A stretch of DNA of 64,000 nt from an uncultured Acidobacteriaceae bacterium (GCA_963806745.1 CAWEAB010000023.1:47063-111062), one strand, 5' to 3'; positions 18,905-29,560 are shown, numbered from the stretch's first letter. Notes: a model not told the origin generated them from the letters alone. A program made the numbers and translations.

Positions 18905-18932
18905 TATTCATTAGATTGGATTTTTATTCATT
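18895..18932 (+). promoter_or_regulatory. Two tandem ARG boxes (ArgR operator) separated by 2 bp
   Basis: AATGGATACTTATTCATT (18895-18912) and ATTGGATTTTTATTCATT (18915-18932), compared with the consensus TNTGAATWWWWATTCANW. They sit immediately upstream of argR. Confidence 0.7.
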
Positions 18933-18939
18933 GACTATT

Positions 18940-19380
18940 ATGTCGAAAACAGCACGACACAAAGCGATTCTTGATCTGCTCGACGACGGCCCGGTAGAGA
19001 GCCAGGAGGCGCTTCAGCACATTCTGGAGCGCCGGGGGATTGATGTGGGACAGGCTACTCTTTCCCGGGATATCCGAGAGTTGAAGCTCGTGAAAGGGCC
19101 CGACGGCTACCGGCGCGCCACCGAGAAATCAGTCGCGGAAGGCGTTCTGCCTTCGGTGATGCACCTGGCGCACCAGTTTGTGCTCGAGATCAGGCAGGCT
19201 CAGAACATGCTGGTGGTGAAGACTACGATCGGGAGCGCGCAGCCGGTGGCGGCGGCGCTCGACGCATCGCACTGGCCCGAGGTGGTGGGGACGATTGCGG
19301 GGGATGACACCGTGCTCGTGATCGCGACGGATAAGAAGAAAGCGCAGGCGCTGGCGCGGCGGATTCGGGATATGGGTTAG
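18940..19380 (+). CDS. argR: Arginine repressor ArgR
   Basis: MSKTARHKAILDLL..., winged-helix VGQATLSRDIRELKLVK, and the C-terminal oligomerisation/arginine-binding segment GTIAGDDTVLVI. The track start at TTG 18916 lies inside the operator, so ATG 18940 is preferred. Confidence 0.9.
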   Translation: MSKTARHKAILDLLDDGPVESQEALQHILERRGIDVGQATLSRDIRELKLVKGPDGYRRATEKSVAEGVLPSVMHLAHQFVLEIRQAQNMLVVKTTIGSAQPVAAALDASHWPEVVGTIAGDDTVLVIATDKKKAQALARRIRDMG

Positions 19381-19533
19381 TGGGGCGTGGGCAAGCCACA
19401 TTTGGAAAACGCAGTCGAAAAAAAGGAAGAGTAAAAACTCCGCCCGAGCGAAGCGCGGAACGTGGCATCCCCGACACCGGGAGATGTTTTGGAGATTTGG
19501 ACACGCTGAGGGATTTGTTTTTTTGAGAATGGA

Positions 19534-20592
19534 GTGCAGAACGAAGAAATGTATAAGACGCAAATGAGAAGTGAAACTATGGCAGTCAACCATTCGGCAC
19601 ATCTGCTGGCGGAGCCGGTTGCGCCGCGCGATCTGATTTCGGTGCATGACCTGGCGCCGGCGGAGATTCAGCAACTGTTCAACTTGACGGCAATGCTCAA
19701 GGCACGCCCGGAGGATTTTCGCGGCGTGCTGGCGGGCAAGCAGATGGTGATGTTTTTCGAGAAGCCATCGCTGCGCACGCGGCTTACGTTTGAGGCGGGC
19801 ATGGACAGCCTGGGCGGAAGCACGTTTTTTGTCGACCAGACGGCAAACCGTTTGACGGCGCGCGAATCGCTTTACGATATCGCGCATAATCTGGAGCGCT
19901 GGATCGACATCATCGTGCTGCGGACGTTCAAGCACGCGACGGTGGAAGAGATGGCGACGTACGCGGGCGTGCCGGTGATCAATGCGCTGAGCGAACTGGA
20001 GCATCCTTGCCAGGCGTTGGCGGATTTCTTTACGTTGCACGAGCATTTTGGCGATCTGAGGAAGATTCATTTTGCTTATGTCGGCGATGGGAACAACATG
20101 GCGCACTCGCTGCTGCTGGCCGGAGCTTCGATGGGCGCGAAGGTTTCGATTGCCACACCGGAGAAGTACGGGTTGAATCCGGTGATCCTGACGATGGCGC
20201 AGGCGATTGCGGAAGAGACGGGCGCGACGCTGCGCATCGGGAATGACGCGCGCAAGGCGGTGAAGGGTGCGGACGCGGTTTACACCGACACCTGGGCGAG
20301 CATGGGTCAGGAGAGCGAGGCGGCGGAGCGGCAGGCGATTTTTGCGCCGTTCCAGGTGAATGCCGGGCTGATGGCGCTGGCTGCGCCCCATGCGCGTTTT
20401 ATGCATTGCCTGCCCGCGCATCGCGGATGCGAGGTGACGGATCAGGTGATCGATTCATTGAATTCGGTGGTGTTCGATCAGGCGGAGAATCGCCTGCATA
20501 TTCAGAAGGCGATTCTGGTTTGGCTGTTGAGCGGCGGCGTGGGATCGTTTTTCCATCCTGGTTTTTCGACGAGGAGCGCGCATGCCCAGTAA
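19534..20592 (+). CDS. argF: Ornithine carbamoyltransferase
   Basis: [34 protein letters not shown]. The start is uncertain (GTG 19534, or ATG 19549/19564/19579). The stop overlaps the argG ATG. Confidence 0.9.
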   Translation: MQNEEMYKTQMRSETMAVNHSAHLLAEPVAPRDLISVHDLAPAEIQQLFNLTAMLKARPEDFRGVLAGKQMVMFFEKPSLRTRLTFEAGMDSLGGSTFFVDQTANRLTARESLYDIAHNLERWIDIIVLRTFKHATVEEMATYAGVPVINALSELEHPCQALADFFTLHEHFGDLRKIHFAYVGDGNNMAHSLLLAGASMGAKVSIATPEKYGLNPVILTMAQAIAEETGATLRIGNDARKAVKGADAVYTDTWASMGQESEAAERQAIFAPFQVNAGLMALAAPHARFMHCLPAHRGCEVTDQVIDSLNSVVFDQAENRLHIQKAILVWLLSGGVGSFFHPGFSTRSAHAQ

Positions 20593-21831
20593 TTCGGGCC
20601 AAGAGAAAATCGTTCTCGCATATTCGGGAGGGCTGGATACCTCCATTATTATTCCGTGGCTCAAGGAGAACTATGACTACGAGGTGATCGCGATGGTCGC
20701 CGACGTGGGCCAGGGAGATGACGTGGAAGCGGTCGTCGATAAAGCTTACAAGACGGGCGCCAGCAAAGTGGTGGTTGAGGATCTGCGCGAGGAATTTCTG
20801 ACGGGGTACGTTTGGCCGGCTTTGAAGGCTGGGGCTGTTTATGAAAACAAATATCTGCTCGGGAACTTCTCTGGCTCGTCCGGTGATTGCCAAGCATCAG
20901 GTGGAAGTGGCGCTGCGCGAAGGCGCTTCGGCCGTGGGGCATGGATGCACGGGCAAGGGCAACGATCAGGTGCGGTTTGAGATGGCGTATCAGGCGCTGG
21001 CTCCGGAGTTGAAGGTGGTGGCTCCGTGGCGCGAGTGGGATTTGAAGTCGCGCGAGGATTGCCTGGATTACGCGGAGAAGCGCGGGATTCCGGTGGCCGC
21101 GAGCCGCGAGAAAATTCACAGCCGCGACCGCAATCTCTGGCATTTGAGCCATGAGGGCGGAGAGTTGGAGGATGCGGGGAATGCGCCGCTGGCTTCGACG
21201 TGGCAGATGACGCGGTCGCCGCAGGATGCGCCGGATAAGGAAGAGCAGCGTCGAGATTGGATTTGAGAAGGGCGTGCCGGTTTCGGTGGGCGGGCAGACG
21301 CTCGATCCGGTTTCGCTGGTGGAACTGTTGAACGAGATTGGTGGACGGAACGCGGTGGGCCGCATCGATCTGGTCGAGAACCGGTTTGTTGGGATCAAGT
21401 CGCGCGGATGCTATGAGACTCCGGGCGGGACTTTGCTGCTGGCTGCGCATGGCGAACTTGAGGCGCTTTGCCTGGATCGCGAAGTGCTGCACTTCAAGCA
21501 GCATGTGGCGTTGAAGTATGCGGAGCTGGTTTACTTCGGGCTTTGGTTTACTCCGCTGCGCGAGGCGCTGGATGCGTTTGTTGAGACTACGCAGCAGAAT
21601 GTTACTGGGACTGTGGCGCTCTCGCTCTATAAGGGTAATGTTAGCGTGACTAGCCGGCAGTCGCCGCACTCGCTCTATCGGACCGACCTTTCTTCGTTCA
21701 CGATGGGCGCGGGTTATGATCAGAAGGACGCGGAGGGATTTATCCGGATTCTGGGCTTGCCTTCGCGGTGCCGGGCGGCTATGGAAACGAATCGCGGCGT
21801 TGCTGCCAGTCTGCATGAGGCGTCCAAGTAG
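20582..21831 (+). CDS. argG: Argininosuccinate synthase, frame broken at about 20865 and 21249
   Basis: Three track fragments join cleanly: AYSGGLDTS...YENKYLLG / [16 protein letters not shown]...[13 protein letters not shown] / [11 protein letters not shown]...[14 protein letters not shown]. The span is 3n+2. Confidence 0.9.
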
Positions 21832-21894
21832 GGCTCGGTGGGCAGCGCGTACGTGCTTGCCCGGCGAGTTGTGGCGCTGCCGGCGAAGTGCATA

Positions 21895-21920
21895 GATCCT
21901 TCGCTTCGCTCAGGATGACA
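21895..21920. repeat. REP-like element, family B
   Basis: GATCCTTCGCTTCGCTCAGGATGACA, between argG and argH. Confidence 0.65.
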
Positions 21921-21940
21921 ATGAGGGAAAAGGTTTCAGT

Positions 21941-23345
21941 ATGAAGATGTGGTCGGGTCGCTTTCGACAGGGGCTTGATCCGGAGTTCGAAAAATGGCAG
22001 CGGTCGTTTGGCTATGACCAACGGCTGCTGCCTTTTGAACTTGCGGCCAGCCGCGCGCATGCGCGGGCGCTGGAACATGCTGGCGTGCTGAGCGCGGAGG
22101 ACCTGGCTGAGATTATTGAGGGGCTGAACAAGATTGCGAAGCTGGTCAAGGCTCCGGAATATCTGGACGATCCGGAGGCGGAGGACGTTCATCATTTTGT
22201 CGAAAAGAAATTGGCGGCGCTGATTGGGCCGACTGGCTACAAGCTGCATGCGGGACGCAGCCGGAATGAGCAGATTGCTACCGACCTGCGATTGTTTGTG
22301 CGGGCGGCGATTGACGAGTTGCAGAATCTGCTGGCGGATTGGATTGAGGCGATTGTGGCGCGGGCGGAGTCAGCGGGCGCTGCGGCTATGCCGGGCTTTA
22401 CGCATCTTGCAGCCGGCTGAGCCTGTTCTCGTCGCGCATTGGCTGTTGGCTTACGTCGAGATGTTTTTGCGCGACTCGGAGCGGCTGGCTTCTTGCCGGA
22501 AGCGGGTGAATGTTTGTCCGCTGGGTTCGGGGGCGATTGCCGGGGCTACTTTGGCGCTGGATCGGCGCGCGATTGCGGCGGAACTTGGCTTTGACGACAT
22601 TACCGCGAACAGCATGGATGCTACGAGCGATCGCGACTTTGCGATCGAGTTTGTGCAGGCTTTTCTCGTTTTGTCGCTGCATCTGAGCCGGTGGGCGGAG
22701 GAGATGATTTTGTTTTCGACTTCGGCTTACGATTTTGTGGTGCTGCCGGAGGCTTATTCGACCGGGTCGAGCGCGATGCCGCAGAAGAAAAATCCAGACC
22801 TCTTGGAGCTGGTGCGTGGAAAAGCGGCGCGGATGGCTGGATTTGCTACCGCGCTGGAAACGGCGGTGAAAGGCTTGCCGCTCGCTTACAACAAAGATTT
22901 GCAGGAGACGCAGGAGCCTTTGTTCGGCGCGGCGGACACGGTGACTTCCATGCTGCCGCTGGTGACCGGATGGATGCGGGCGGTGGAGTTCAACTTCGCG
23001 AAGATGGATGCGGAGGCGCGATCGGGATTTATGAATGCCTGGGCGGCGGCGGCGTATCTGGTGGAGCGGGGCGTGGCCTCTCGACAGGCGCACGAAGCGG
23101 TTGGAAAAGCTGTGAAGCTATGCCTGGAATTGAAATGCGAGTTGCAGGACTTGTTGATTAAAGATTTGCAGGCGATTCATCCGGCGTTCGATGTGGACTT
23201 GCCGGCGCGGCTGGAGTTGAGTGAAGTGCTGGCGATTCATGATGTGCCGGGCGGGACGGCTCCGGCACGGGTGCAGGCGGCTATTCGGGATGCGCGGGCG
23301 CGGATCGGCGCGCTGCGACCGCAATTGCAGGCCGCCATCGGCTAG
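21941..23345 (+). CDS. argH: Argininosuccinate lyase, frame broken at about 22407
   Basis: MWSGRF...GRSRNEQ in fragment 1; GSSAMPQKKNPD in fragment 2. GFTHL/QPAEP joins when one T is removed from CATCTTGCAG. The span is 3n+1. Confidence 0.9.
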
Positions 23346-23490
23346 TCGGTCTCAAACCCTATCGATCCCCTCGTAACAGTCTTTCGATCTTTCTTCACAC
23401 TCCAGCATCTAATTTCCCATACGAGTTAGGAGCCTTACCCTGATCGGAAGAATTGTTTTCTTAGTTATATTTCTTGCGCTTGTTTATGCG

Positions 23491-24837
23491 GTGCAGCGCT
23501 TTTGGTTTCTGCGGGCCTGGAACTGGATCTCTGGACTAGCCGGCGCGCACTGGCGCGCGGGTTTGCAGATTGTGCTGATTGCCGCGGCTGTGGCCTTGTT
23601 TGCCGCGCTCTTCGATTCCCTGCTTGGACATGTGGTTTCGCGGGCTCCTTTCGGCAAAGGGCTGATTGCTTTTTCGCGGATATGGATTGTCGCTTCTTTG
23701 TTTGCGCTGATTGCTGTGAAGTCGGTGGGCGGCATTGAGTGGGTTACTGCTGCGGTCTCGAATTTGCGGCATGGGGCTGCGGTTGGCGGTCGTCGTGAAT
23801 CGGGCGGTGAATCGGGCTTTGACGCTTCGCGGCGGACGCTATTTCGTTATGCCGCCTTTCTTGCCGGTAGCGTTCCGTTTCTGGCGGCTACTTATGGATT
23901 TGCCGCTGGGCGTTTGCGCTATACGGTCGAGCGCGTCGATGTGCCGATTGCGAATCTTCCGCCTGAACTGGATGGGCTGCGGATTGCGCAGTTGAGCGAC
24001 ATTCATATTGGGGATTACATGCCTCCGCGGGAGATTGCGCGGGCGGTGGCAATGGCGAATGAACTTTCGCCTGACATTTCATTTGTTACCGGAGATTTTG
24101 TTTCGAGCGAGGGCGATCCGCTCGATGTTTGTATTGGCGAACTGGCGAAACTGCGCGCTCCGCTGGGCGTTTGGGGCTGCAATGGAAACCATGAGATTTA
24201 TGCGGGCGTAGAGGATCAGGCGGAGCTGCTGTTTCAATCGCACGGGATGAAATTGCTGCGGGCGCGCAATGAGGTCATTGAGCATAACGGCGGGCGGTTT
24301 AATTTGATCGGCGTGGATTATCAGCGTGACCACATGGTTTCCGGCGAGCGGACTGGACCGATGCTGGAGGAGATTGCATATCTGGTGCGGCGCGACATGC
24401 CGAATATTTTGCTGTCGCATAATCCGAATTCGTTTCCGCGCGCGGCGGAGTTGGGGATTGAGTTGAGCCTGGCTGGGCACACGCATGGCGGTCAGGTGAA
24501 GGTGGAAATTGTCGATCACAATATTTCGCCGGCGCGGTTGATTTCGCCGTTTGTGGCGGGATTGTTTTTGTTGCCGATGGAGCCGTCAGATGGTGGCGGG
24601 CCATCGTCGGTCGTTGGTCGTCAGTCGTCGGGAAAAGCTCACGGTGCCGACAGTGGGGTTACCCACTCTAACGCCGCACAAAACGCGACGTTAGAATGGG
24701 GGACCTCCGGCTCCGGGAGCACCAACGGAACTTCGAAGGCTGCGCTTTATGTGAATCGCGGGCTCGGGACTTTTGGATTTCCGGTGCGACTGGGCGTGCC
24801 TCCGGAGATTACGCTCTTGACGCTGCGCAGAGCGTGA
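23491..24837 (+). CDS. Membrane-anchored metallophosphoesterase (YkuE-like) carrying a repeat-derived insertion
   Basis: LSDIHIGD, GDFV, GNHE, GHTHGGQ, LYVNRGLGTFGFPVRLGVPPEITLLTL. The frame is open upstream to 23413 and encodes a hydrophobic segment, with AGGAG-7 nt-CTG at 23440, so the true start may be upstream of GTG 23491. Confidence 0.8.
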   Translation: MQRFWFLRAWNWISGLAGAHWRAGLQIVLIAAAVALFAALFDSLLGHVVSRAPFGKGLIAFSRIWIVASLFALIAVKSVGGIEWVTAAVSNLRHGAAVGGRRESGGESGFDASRRTLFRYAAFLAGSVPFLAATYGFAAGRLRYTVERVDVPIANLPPELDGLRIAQLSDIHIGDYMPPREIARAVAMANELSPDISFVTGDFVSSEGDPLDVCIGELAKLRAPLGVWGCNGNHEIYAGVEDQAELLFQSHGMKLLRARNEVIEHNGGRFNLIGVDYQRDHMVSGERTGPMLEEIAYLVRRDMPNILLSHNPNSFPRAAELGIELSLAGHTHGGQVKVEIVDHNISPARLISPFVAGLFLLPMEPSDGGGPSSVVGRQSSGKAHGADSGVTHSNAAQNATLEWGTSGSGSTNGTSKAALYVNRGLGTFGFPVRLGVPPEITLLTLRRA

Positions 24838-24873
24838 AGTTCTCGCGCAACTCGACCGGGCTCGCAACAAACT

Positions 24874-24921
24874 GCGAAGCTTCGCTTCGCTGGACAGCCG
24901 GGGGCGGCTGTCCCCAGGTGA
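24874..24921. repeat. REP-like element, family A
   Basis: GCGAAGCTTCGCTTCGCTGGACAGCCGGGGGCGGCTGTCCCCAGGTGA. Confidence 0.75.
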
Positions 24922-24985
24922 TTTGCGGAGCCTGAAACGGCAACTCTTCACCCCACTTCGCCTCACTTCGTCCGGCCCCAAAAAA

Positions 24986-24994
24986 TGGTATAAT
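24986..24994 (+). promoter_or_regulatory. Extended -10 element TGGTATAAT upstream of gyrA
   Basis: Read directly in an AT-rich island. No good -35. It would give a leader of about 175 nt containing REP copy 25067-25115. Confidence 0.35.
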
Positions 24995-25066
24995 TATTGG
25001 GTTCGATCAATCAGATAATTGCCTGTAAATACAATAACTTAGCGGCACTTTTGGCACACGATAACT

Positions 25067-25115
25067 GGGGAGCTTCGCTCCGCAGAACAGCCGGGGGCGG
25101 CTGTCCCCGCGTGGG
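25067..25115. repeat. REP-like element, family A
   Basis: GGGGAGCTTCGCTCCGCAGAACAGCCGGGGGCGGCTGTCCCCGCGTGGG. Confidence 0.75.
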
Positions 25116-25140
25116 TCGTAGCAAGGCCCGCATGGTTTTA

Positions 25141-25170
25141 CTGAGAACTGACGACTGAGAACCGAGAACT
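25141..25170. repeat. Low-complexity CAG/TC-type repeat, family F (CTGAGAAC/CTGACGAC units)
   Basis: CTGAGAACTGACGACTGAGAACCGAGAACT. Related tracts at 27845-27882, 39424-39490 and inside the CDS at 24598-24632. Confidence 0.5.
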
Positions 25171-25176
25171 TCTTTC

Positions 25177-27844
25177 ATGGCTGACGATCAAAATCCTGAA
25201 CTGCCTTTGACACCTCCTCCTGGCGGCGACGGTCCCACGGGGCCGGGCGCGCTTAACATTCAACCCGTCAATATTGAAGAGGAGATGCGGAAGTCGTATC
25301 TCGACTATTCGCTGTCCGTGATCATTGGGCGCGCGTTGCCGGATGTGCGCGACGGATTGAAGCCGGTGCATCGGCGGATTCTTTACACGATGCAGCAGAT
25401 GGGGCTCGCGCCGGGGCGGCCTACGCGCAAGTGCGCGCGTATCGTCGGCGAGGTGATGGGCAAGTACCATCCGCATGGAAATCTGGCGGTGTATGACGCG
25501 TTGGTGCGGCTGGCGCAGCCGTTTGCCATGCGCGCGCCGCTGGTGGATGGGCAGGGAAATTTTGGGTCGGTGGATGGCGATCCTCCGGCGGCGGACCGCT
25601 ATACGGAAGCGCGGCTGACGCGGGTTTCGACCGCGCTGCTGGAAGATCTGGATAAAGAGGCGGTGGATTTTTATCCGAATTACGACAACTCGGAGACGCA
25701 GCCTACCGTGTTGCCGGCGCGGTTTCCGAATCTGCTGGTGAATGGGTCGGATGGAATCGCCGTGGGCATGGCGACTAAGATTCCGCCGCACAATTTGACC
25801 GAGATTGTCGATGCGACGATCACGCTGGTGAATAATCCAGCGGCGCAGTTGCCGGAGATTTTGAAATTTGTGCAGGGGCCGGACTTCCCTACCGCGGCGA
25901 TTATTCATGGGCGGGCGGGAATTTTTGAGGCTTACCGGACCGGGCGCGGGCGCTTCATGATGCGAGCGCGCGCCGCGATTGAGAACGTTACCAAGGAAAA
26001 GCAGGCGATCATCGTTACGGAAATTCCGTATCAGGTGAACAAGGCGCGGCTGATCGAGCGCATTGCCGACCTGGTCAACGACAAGACGATCGACGATATT
26101 TCCGACGTGCGCGACGAGAGCGACCGCGACGGAATGCGGATCGTGATTGAGTTGAAGCGCGGAGCCGAGCCGCAGATCGTGCTCAACCAACTGTTCAAGC
26201 ACACGCAAATGCAGGAAGGCTTCTCGATGATCCTGCTGGCGGTGGTGAACCAGCAGCCGAAGGAAATGGGGCTGATCCAGGCGATCCTGCATTTTATTAA
26301 TCATCGCGTGGATGTAGTGCGGCGGCGGACGGCGTTTTTGCTGGCGAAGGCGCGCGACCGCGAGCACATTCTGGAAGGCTACCTGACGGCGCTCGATCAC
26401 CTGGACAACGTGATCACGATTATTCGCGCCAGCGCGAACCGGGCGGATGCGCGGGAAAATTTGGTCGCGTTTTTTGGCGGCAAGAAAATTGACATCAATG
26501 TGACCGGGCGCGCGCCCAAGCTGCCGGCGGAAAAGCCGTTTACCGCGAAGCAGGCGGACGCGATTCTCGAATTGCAATTGCACCGCTTGACGCGGCTTTC
26601 GATCGACGAAATTTCGAACGAGTTGAAGTCGGTGCGCGAGAGCATTGCCGAGTTCGAAAGCGATTCTTGGGTCGGAGAAGAAATTGCGCGGCGTGATTAT
26701 CAAAGAGCTCGAAGAAGTGAAGAAGCTGTACGGCGACGCGCGGCGCACGCAGATTGAAGATGAAGCGGCGGAGATTCTGCTGGAAGACCTGATTGCCGAC
26801 GAGCAGGTTGCGGTGACGGTCAGCCATTCGGGATATGTGAAGCGGACGCCGATTTCTACTTATCGCATGCAGCGGCGCGGCGGAACCGGGCGCACGGGCA
26901 TGAAGACGCGCGACGAGGATTTTGTCGAGCAGCTGTTTATCGCGTCGACGCACGCTTACATTCTGATTTTCACGAACACCGGGCGGGTTTACTGGCTCAA
27001 GGTGTATGAGACTCCGGATGTGGGCGCGGCGGGCAAGGGCAAGCACATTGGGAATCTCGTCGGGTTGCAGGCGGGCGAGACCGTGCGGACGATGGTTGCG
27101 GTGCGGAATCTGGAAGAGGCGGGGCGATTTATTTTCTTCGCCACGCGCAACGGGACCGTCAAGAAGACCGAGCTGAAAGATTTTTCGCACGTGATGTCGC
27201 GCGGGATTATCGCGATCGGCATCGACCAGGGCGATGAACTTGTTGCGGCTACTTTGACCGACGGCGAGCAGATTATTTTTCTGGCTTCGCACGATGGTCA
27301 GGCGATTCGGTTTGAGGAGTCGGATGTTCGACCGATGGGGCGTCCGGCTTACGGCGTGCGCGGCATGAATCTCGACAAGGGCGATTACATTGTCGGCATG
27401 GCGACAACGGCGAAAGACGCGAAGCAGGCTGAATTGGCGGCTGCGAAGGTCAAGGCCGCGGCTGGCGTCGAAGCTACCGCTACCGACGAGACGCTGCCGA
27501 TCAAGGGCTCGCTGATTCTGTCGGTGACGGAGAACGGCTATGGCAAGCGGACTGCGGCGGACGAGTACCGGTTGCAGGGACGCGGCGGTTCGGGCGTGAT
27601 CAACGTGAAGACGACCGAGCGTAACGGCAAGGTGGTCGGGATCGCGCAGGTGAATGAAGAGTCTGAAGTGATGCTGATCAGCCAGTACGGGAAGATCATC
27701 CGGATGGACTCGAGCACGATTCGCGAGTCGGGCCGCGCGGCGCAGGGCGTGCGGTTGCTGTCGCTGGAGCCGGGAGACCGGGTGGCGGCGGCGGTGGTGA
27801 TTGCTCCGGAGACGCCGGCGGAGAATGGGACGTTGATACAGTAG
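25177..27844 (+). CDS. gyrA: DNA gyrase subunit A, frame broken at about 26662
   Basis: GRALPDVRDGLKPVHRRILY, AADRYTEARL (active-site Tyr region), C-terminal beta-pinwheel repeats. IAEFES/ILGSEKKLRGVIIKELEEV joins when one G is removed from GAAAGCGATTC. The span is 3n+1. Confidence 0.95.
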
Positions 27845-27882
27845 TCGGGGAGTCCGTTCGTCGGTGGTCGTTCGTCGATTCG
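27845..27882. repeat. Low-complexity repeat, family F
   Basis: TCGGGGAGTCCGTTCGTCGGTGGTCGTTCGTCGATTCG, directly after the gyrA stop. Confidence 0.45.
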
Positions 27883-27894
27883 CTTAGAACTCTT

Positions 27895-27924
27895 GGCGCG
27901 GGCATTTTTGCCCGCGCCATTTTT
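27895..27924. terminator. Bidirectional rho-independent terminator between gyrA and the convergent methyltransferase gene
   Basis: GGCGCGGGCA-TTTT-TGCCCGCGCC (10-bp perfect stem), followed by ATTTTT. An A-rich tract precedes it for the opposite strand. Confidence 0.8.
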
Positions 27925-27986
27925 CATTCGGAACAATTTTAACTTCAGCTCTCGCACTCGCGCTTCAATCAAGCTTTCGGCGGCTT

Positions 27987-28994
27987 TCATCGGAACAATT
28001 CTGTGATCTCGAATCCGGCTTTGTGCGAATAGCGCTTCCCACTCGGGGCGGGTGCGCTCGCGGCCTCCGGGCATGAGGAGCATTTCTATGTCGAGCCACT
28101 TGCTGGGATGGGGATCGGAATTTTCGGGAACTACCATGTCTACGATCAACAGGCGGCCGTCGCGATGGCCGGCCAGAGCCTTCCGGCAGTTGGCTAGAAT
28201 CTTCAGACACTTCTCGTCGTTCCAGTCGTGCAGGATGTGCTGCATGTAGTAGGCGTACGGCGCCGGCGGGGATTTCGTCGAAGAAATCGCCGTGGATGGT
28301 CTGGCAGCGCTCGTCCATTTTTAGCGCGCAGATGTGGCAGTTCGCTTCCTCGATTACGTTGGGGATGTCGAAGAGAATGCCTTTCATGTTGGGATAGCGG
28401 GTGAGGATTTCGCAGAGGACTGCGCCGTGGCCGCCGGCAACGTCCATGAGCGTGCCGATGCTGGAGAAGTCGTAGGCTTCGAGTAACGCGGGCGCGATGC
28501 GGCGGCTGAAGCAGGTCATGGCCAGGTTGAAGTCGTAGGCAACTTCGGGATCGGCTGAAGATGGCTTCGAAGGCGGTTTGTCCGCAAACTTTTTCGACGG
28601 CGGGCTGGCCGGTTTTGACGGAGTGCTCGAGTTCGGCGTGGACCTGGAAGTGAAATGGATTGCTGATCCAGAGGACCATGTCGCGCATGGATCCGGGCAC
28701 GTCGGAGCGTAGAAGCTGCGAGATGGGCGTGATGGCGAAAACTTTTTCCGGGAGTTCGGCGAAGACTCCTACGCTGGCGAGGAGGCGCATGACGCGGTAG
28801 AGAGCATCTTCATTGCTGCCAGTCTCAGCGGCGAGTTGCGAGACATGGTGCGGGCCGTCGGCTAGCAGGTCGGGGATTTTCAGGCGCGCGATGGGTTGCA
28901 GGGCAGCAGTGACTACCATGCCGGTGGTAAGTTGCATTAATCGCTCGAAGGCCTGGGCTTGTATAGGGTGCGCGGGGATTTCTGTCGTTGCCAT
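27987..28994 (-). CDS. SAM-dependent O-methyltransferase (dimerisation domain + class I MTase), frame broken at about 28553, 28258 and 28021
   Basis: MATTEIPAHP...LLASVGVFAE, then DPEVAYDFNLAMTCFS...LMDVAGGHGAVL...GDFFDEIPAGA, then DAYYMQHILHDWNDEKC...GGRERT. The end AGFEITELFR-stop (27987-27989) appears after removing one A. The span is 3n with three single-base insertions. Confidence 0.8.
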
Positions 28995-29033
28995 GGTTCC
29001 GTACGATAGCACGGAGTTGAGGCGGGATGGGCG

Positions 29034-29090
29034 GAACTTCTCTTCCGCGGATTGCACGGATTTCGCGGATGATTTCTCTCATTTAAGAGG
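29034..29090. repeat. REP-like element, family E
   Basis: GAACTTCTCTTCCGCGGATTGCACGGATTTCGCGGATGATTTCTC, compared with 17261-17305. Confidence 0.6.
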
Positions 29091-29209
29091 CGAGGTCGAA
29101 GCTGCGATGTTTATACCTCCGGTGATTCCTGTGACGCCGGTAATCTTTTTCTTGCCTTCCGGTCATGCTGCAATGGGCTGAACGCTGGCCGGTTTCGGCT
29201 GGAGGCAAT

Positions 29210-29329
29210 ATGAATTTTACGATTCTGGTAGCTCTGGTGGCGGCGGGCGCCGTGGTTCTTGGTCTGGCGAAGATCCTGGTGCACTCGATTGCGCGCAAGG
29301 GTCAACGAGCGGCTGAGACCACGCGATAG
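29210..29329 (+). CDS. Candidate 39-aa single-pass membrane peptide
   Basis: GGAGG-5 nt-ATG, then MNFTILVALVAAGAVVLGLAKILVHSIARKGQRAAETTR-stop. Too short for the ORF track. Confidence 0.35.
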   Translation: MNFTILVALVAAGAVVLGLAKILVHSIARKGQRAAETTR

Positions 29330-29560
29330 ATCATCGACGTTCGGCCGATTCTCGTGCGATCGAGTGGATGCAATAAGATCAATCTGAGTAGCTTTCCTTC
29401 CCACGCCCGTCTACTTCGTTACCCCGGTCACTTCCTGATAATCCTCCCGGTCATCTATCGTTAACCTTAGAGATAACTGCCTGCTCCTCGCGTGCACACT
29501 TTTTAGCGCATCGGAGTTGCCTCGCCTTGATAGCGAGATTCTTTCTCATAGCGGGATTTT

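Noticed and set aside
19129-21816. Minus-strand ORFs 19129-20421 (430 aa), 20661-21398 and 20839-21816 (325 aa)
   Set aside because: They are antisense to argF and argG, which are identified by multiple catalytic motifs. Their composition is typical of shadow ORFs.
25052-25066. TGGCAC upstream of gyrA as a sigma-54 -24 element
   Set aside because: There is no TTGC-type -12 element at the required spacing (the sequence continues ACGATAACTGG), and gyrA is not an expected sigma-54 target.
25138-26748. 536-aa minus-strand ORF covering the first two thirds of gyrA
   Set aside because: It is antisense to an unambiguous gyrA. The translation is Arg/His/Pro/Gln-rich with no motifs, typical of a shadow ORF in GC-rich DNA.
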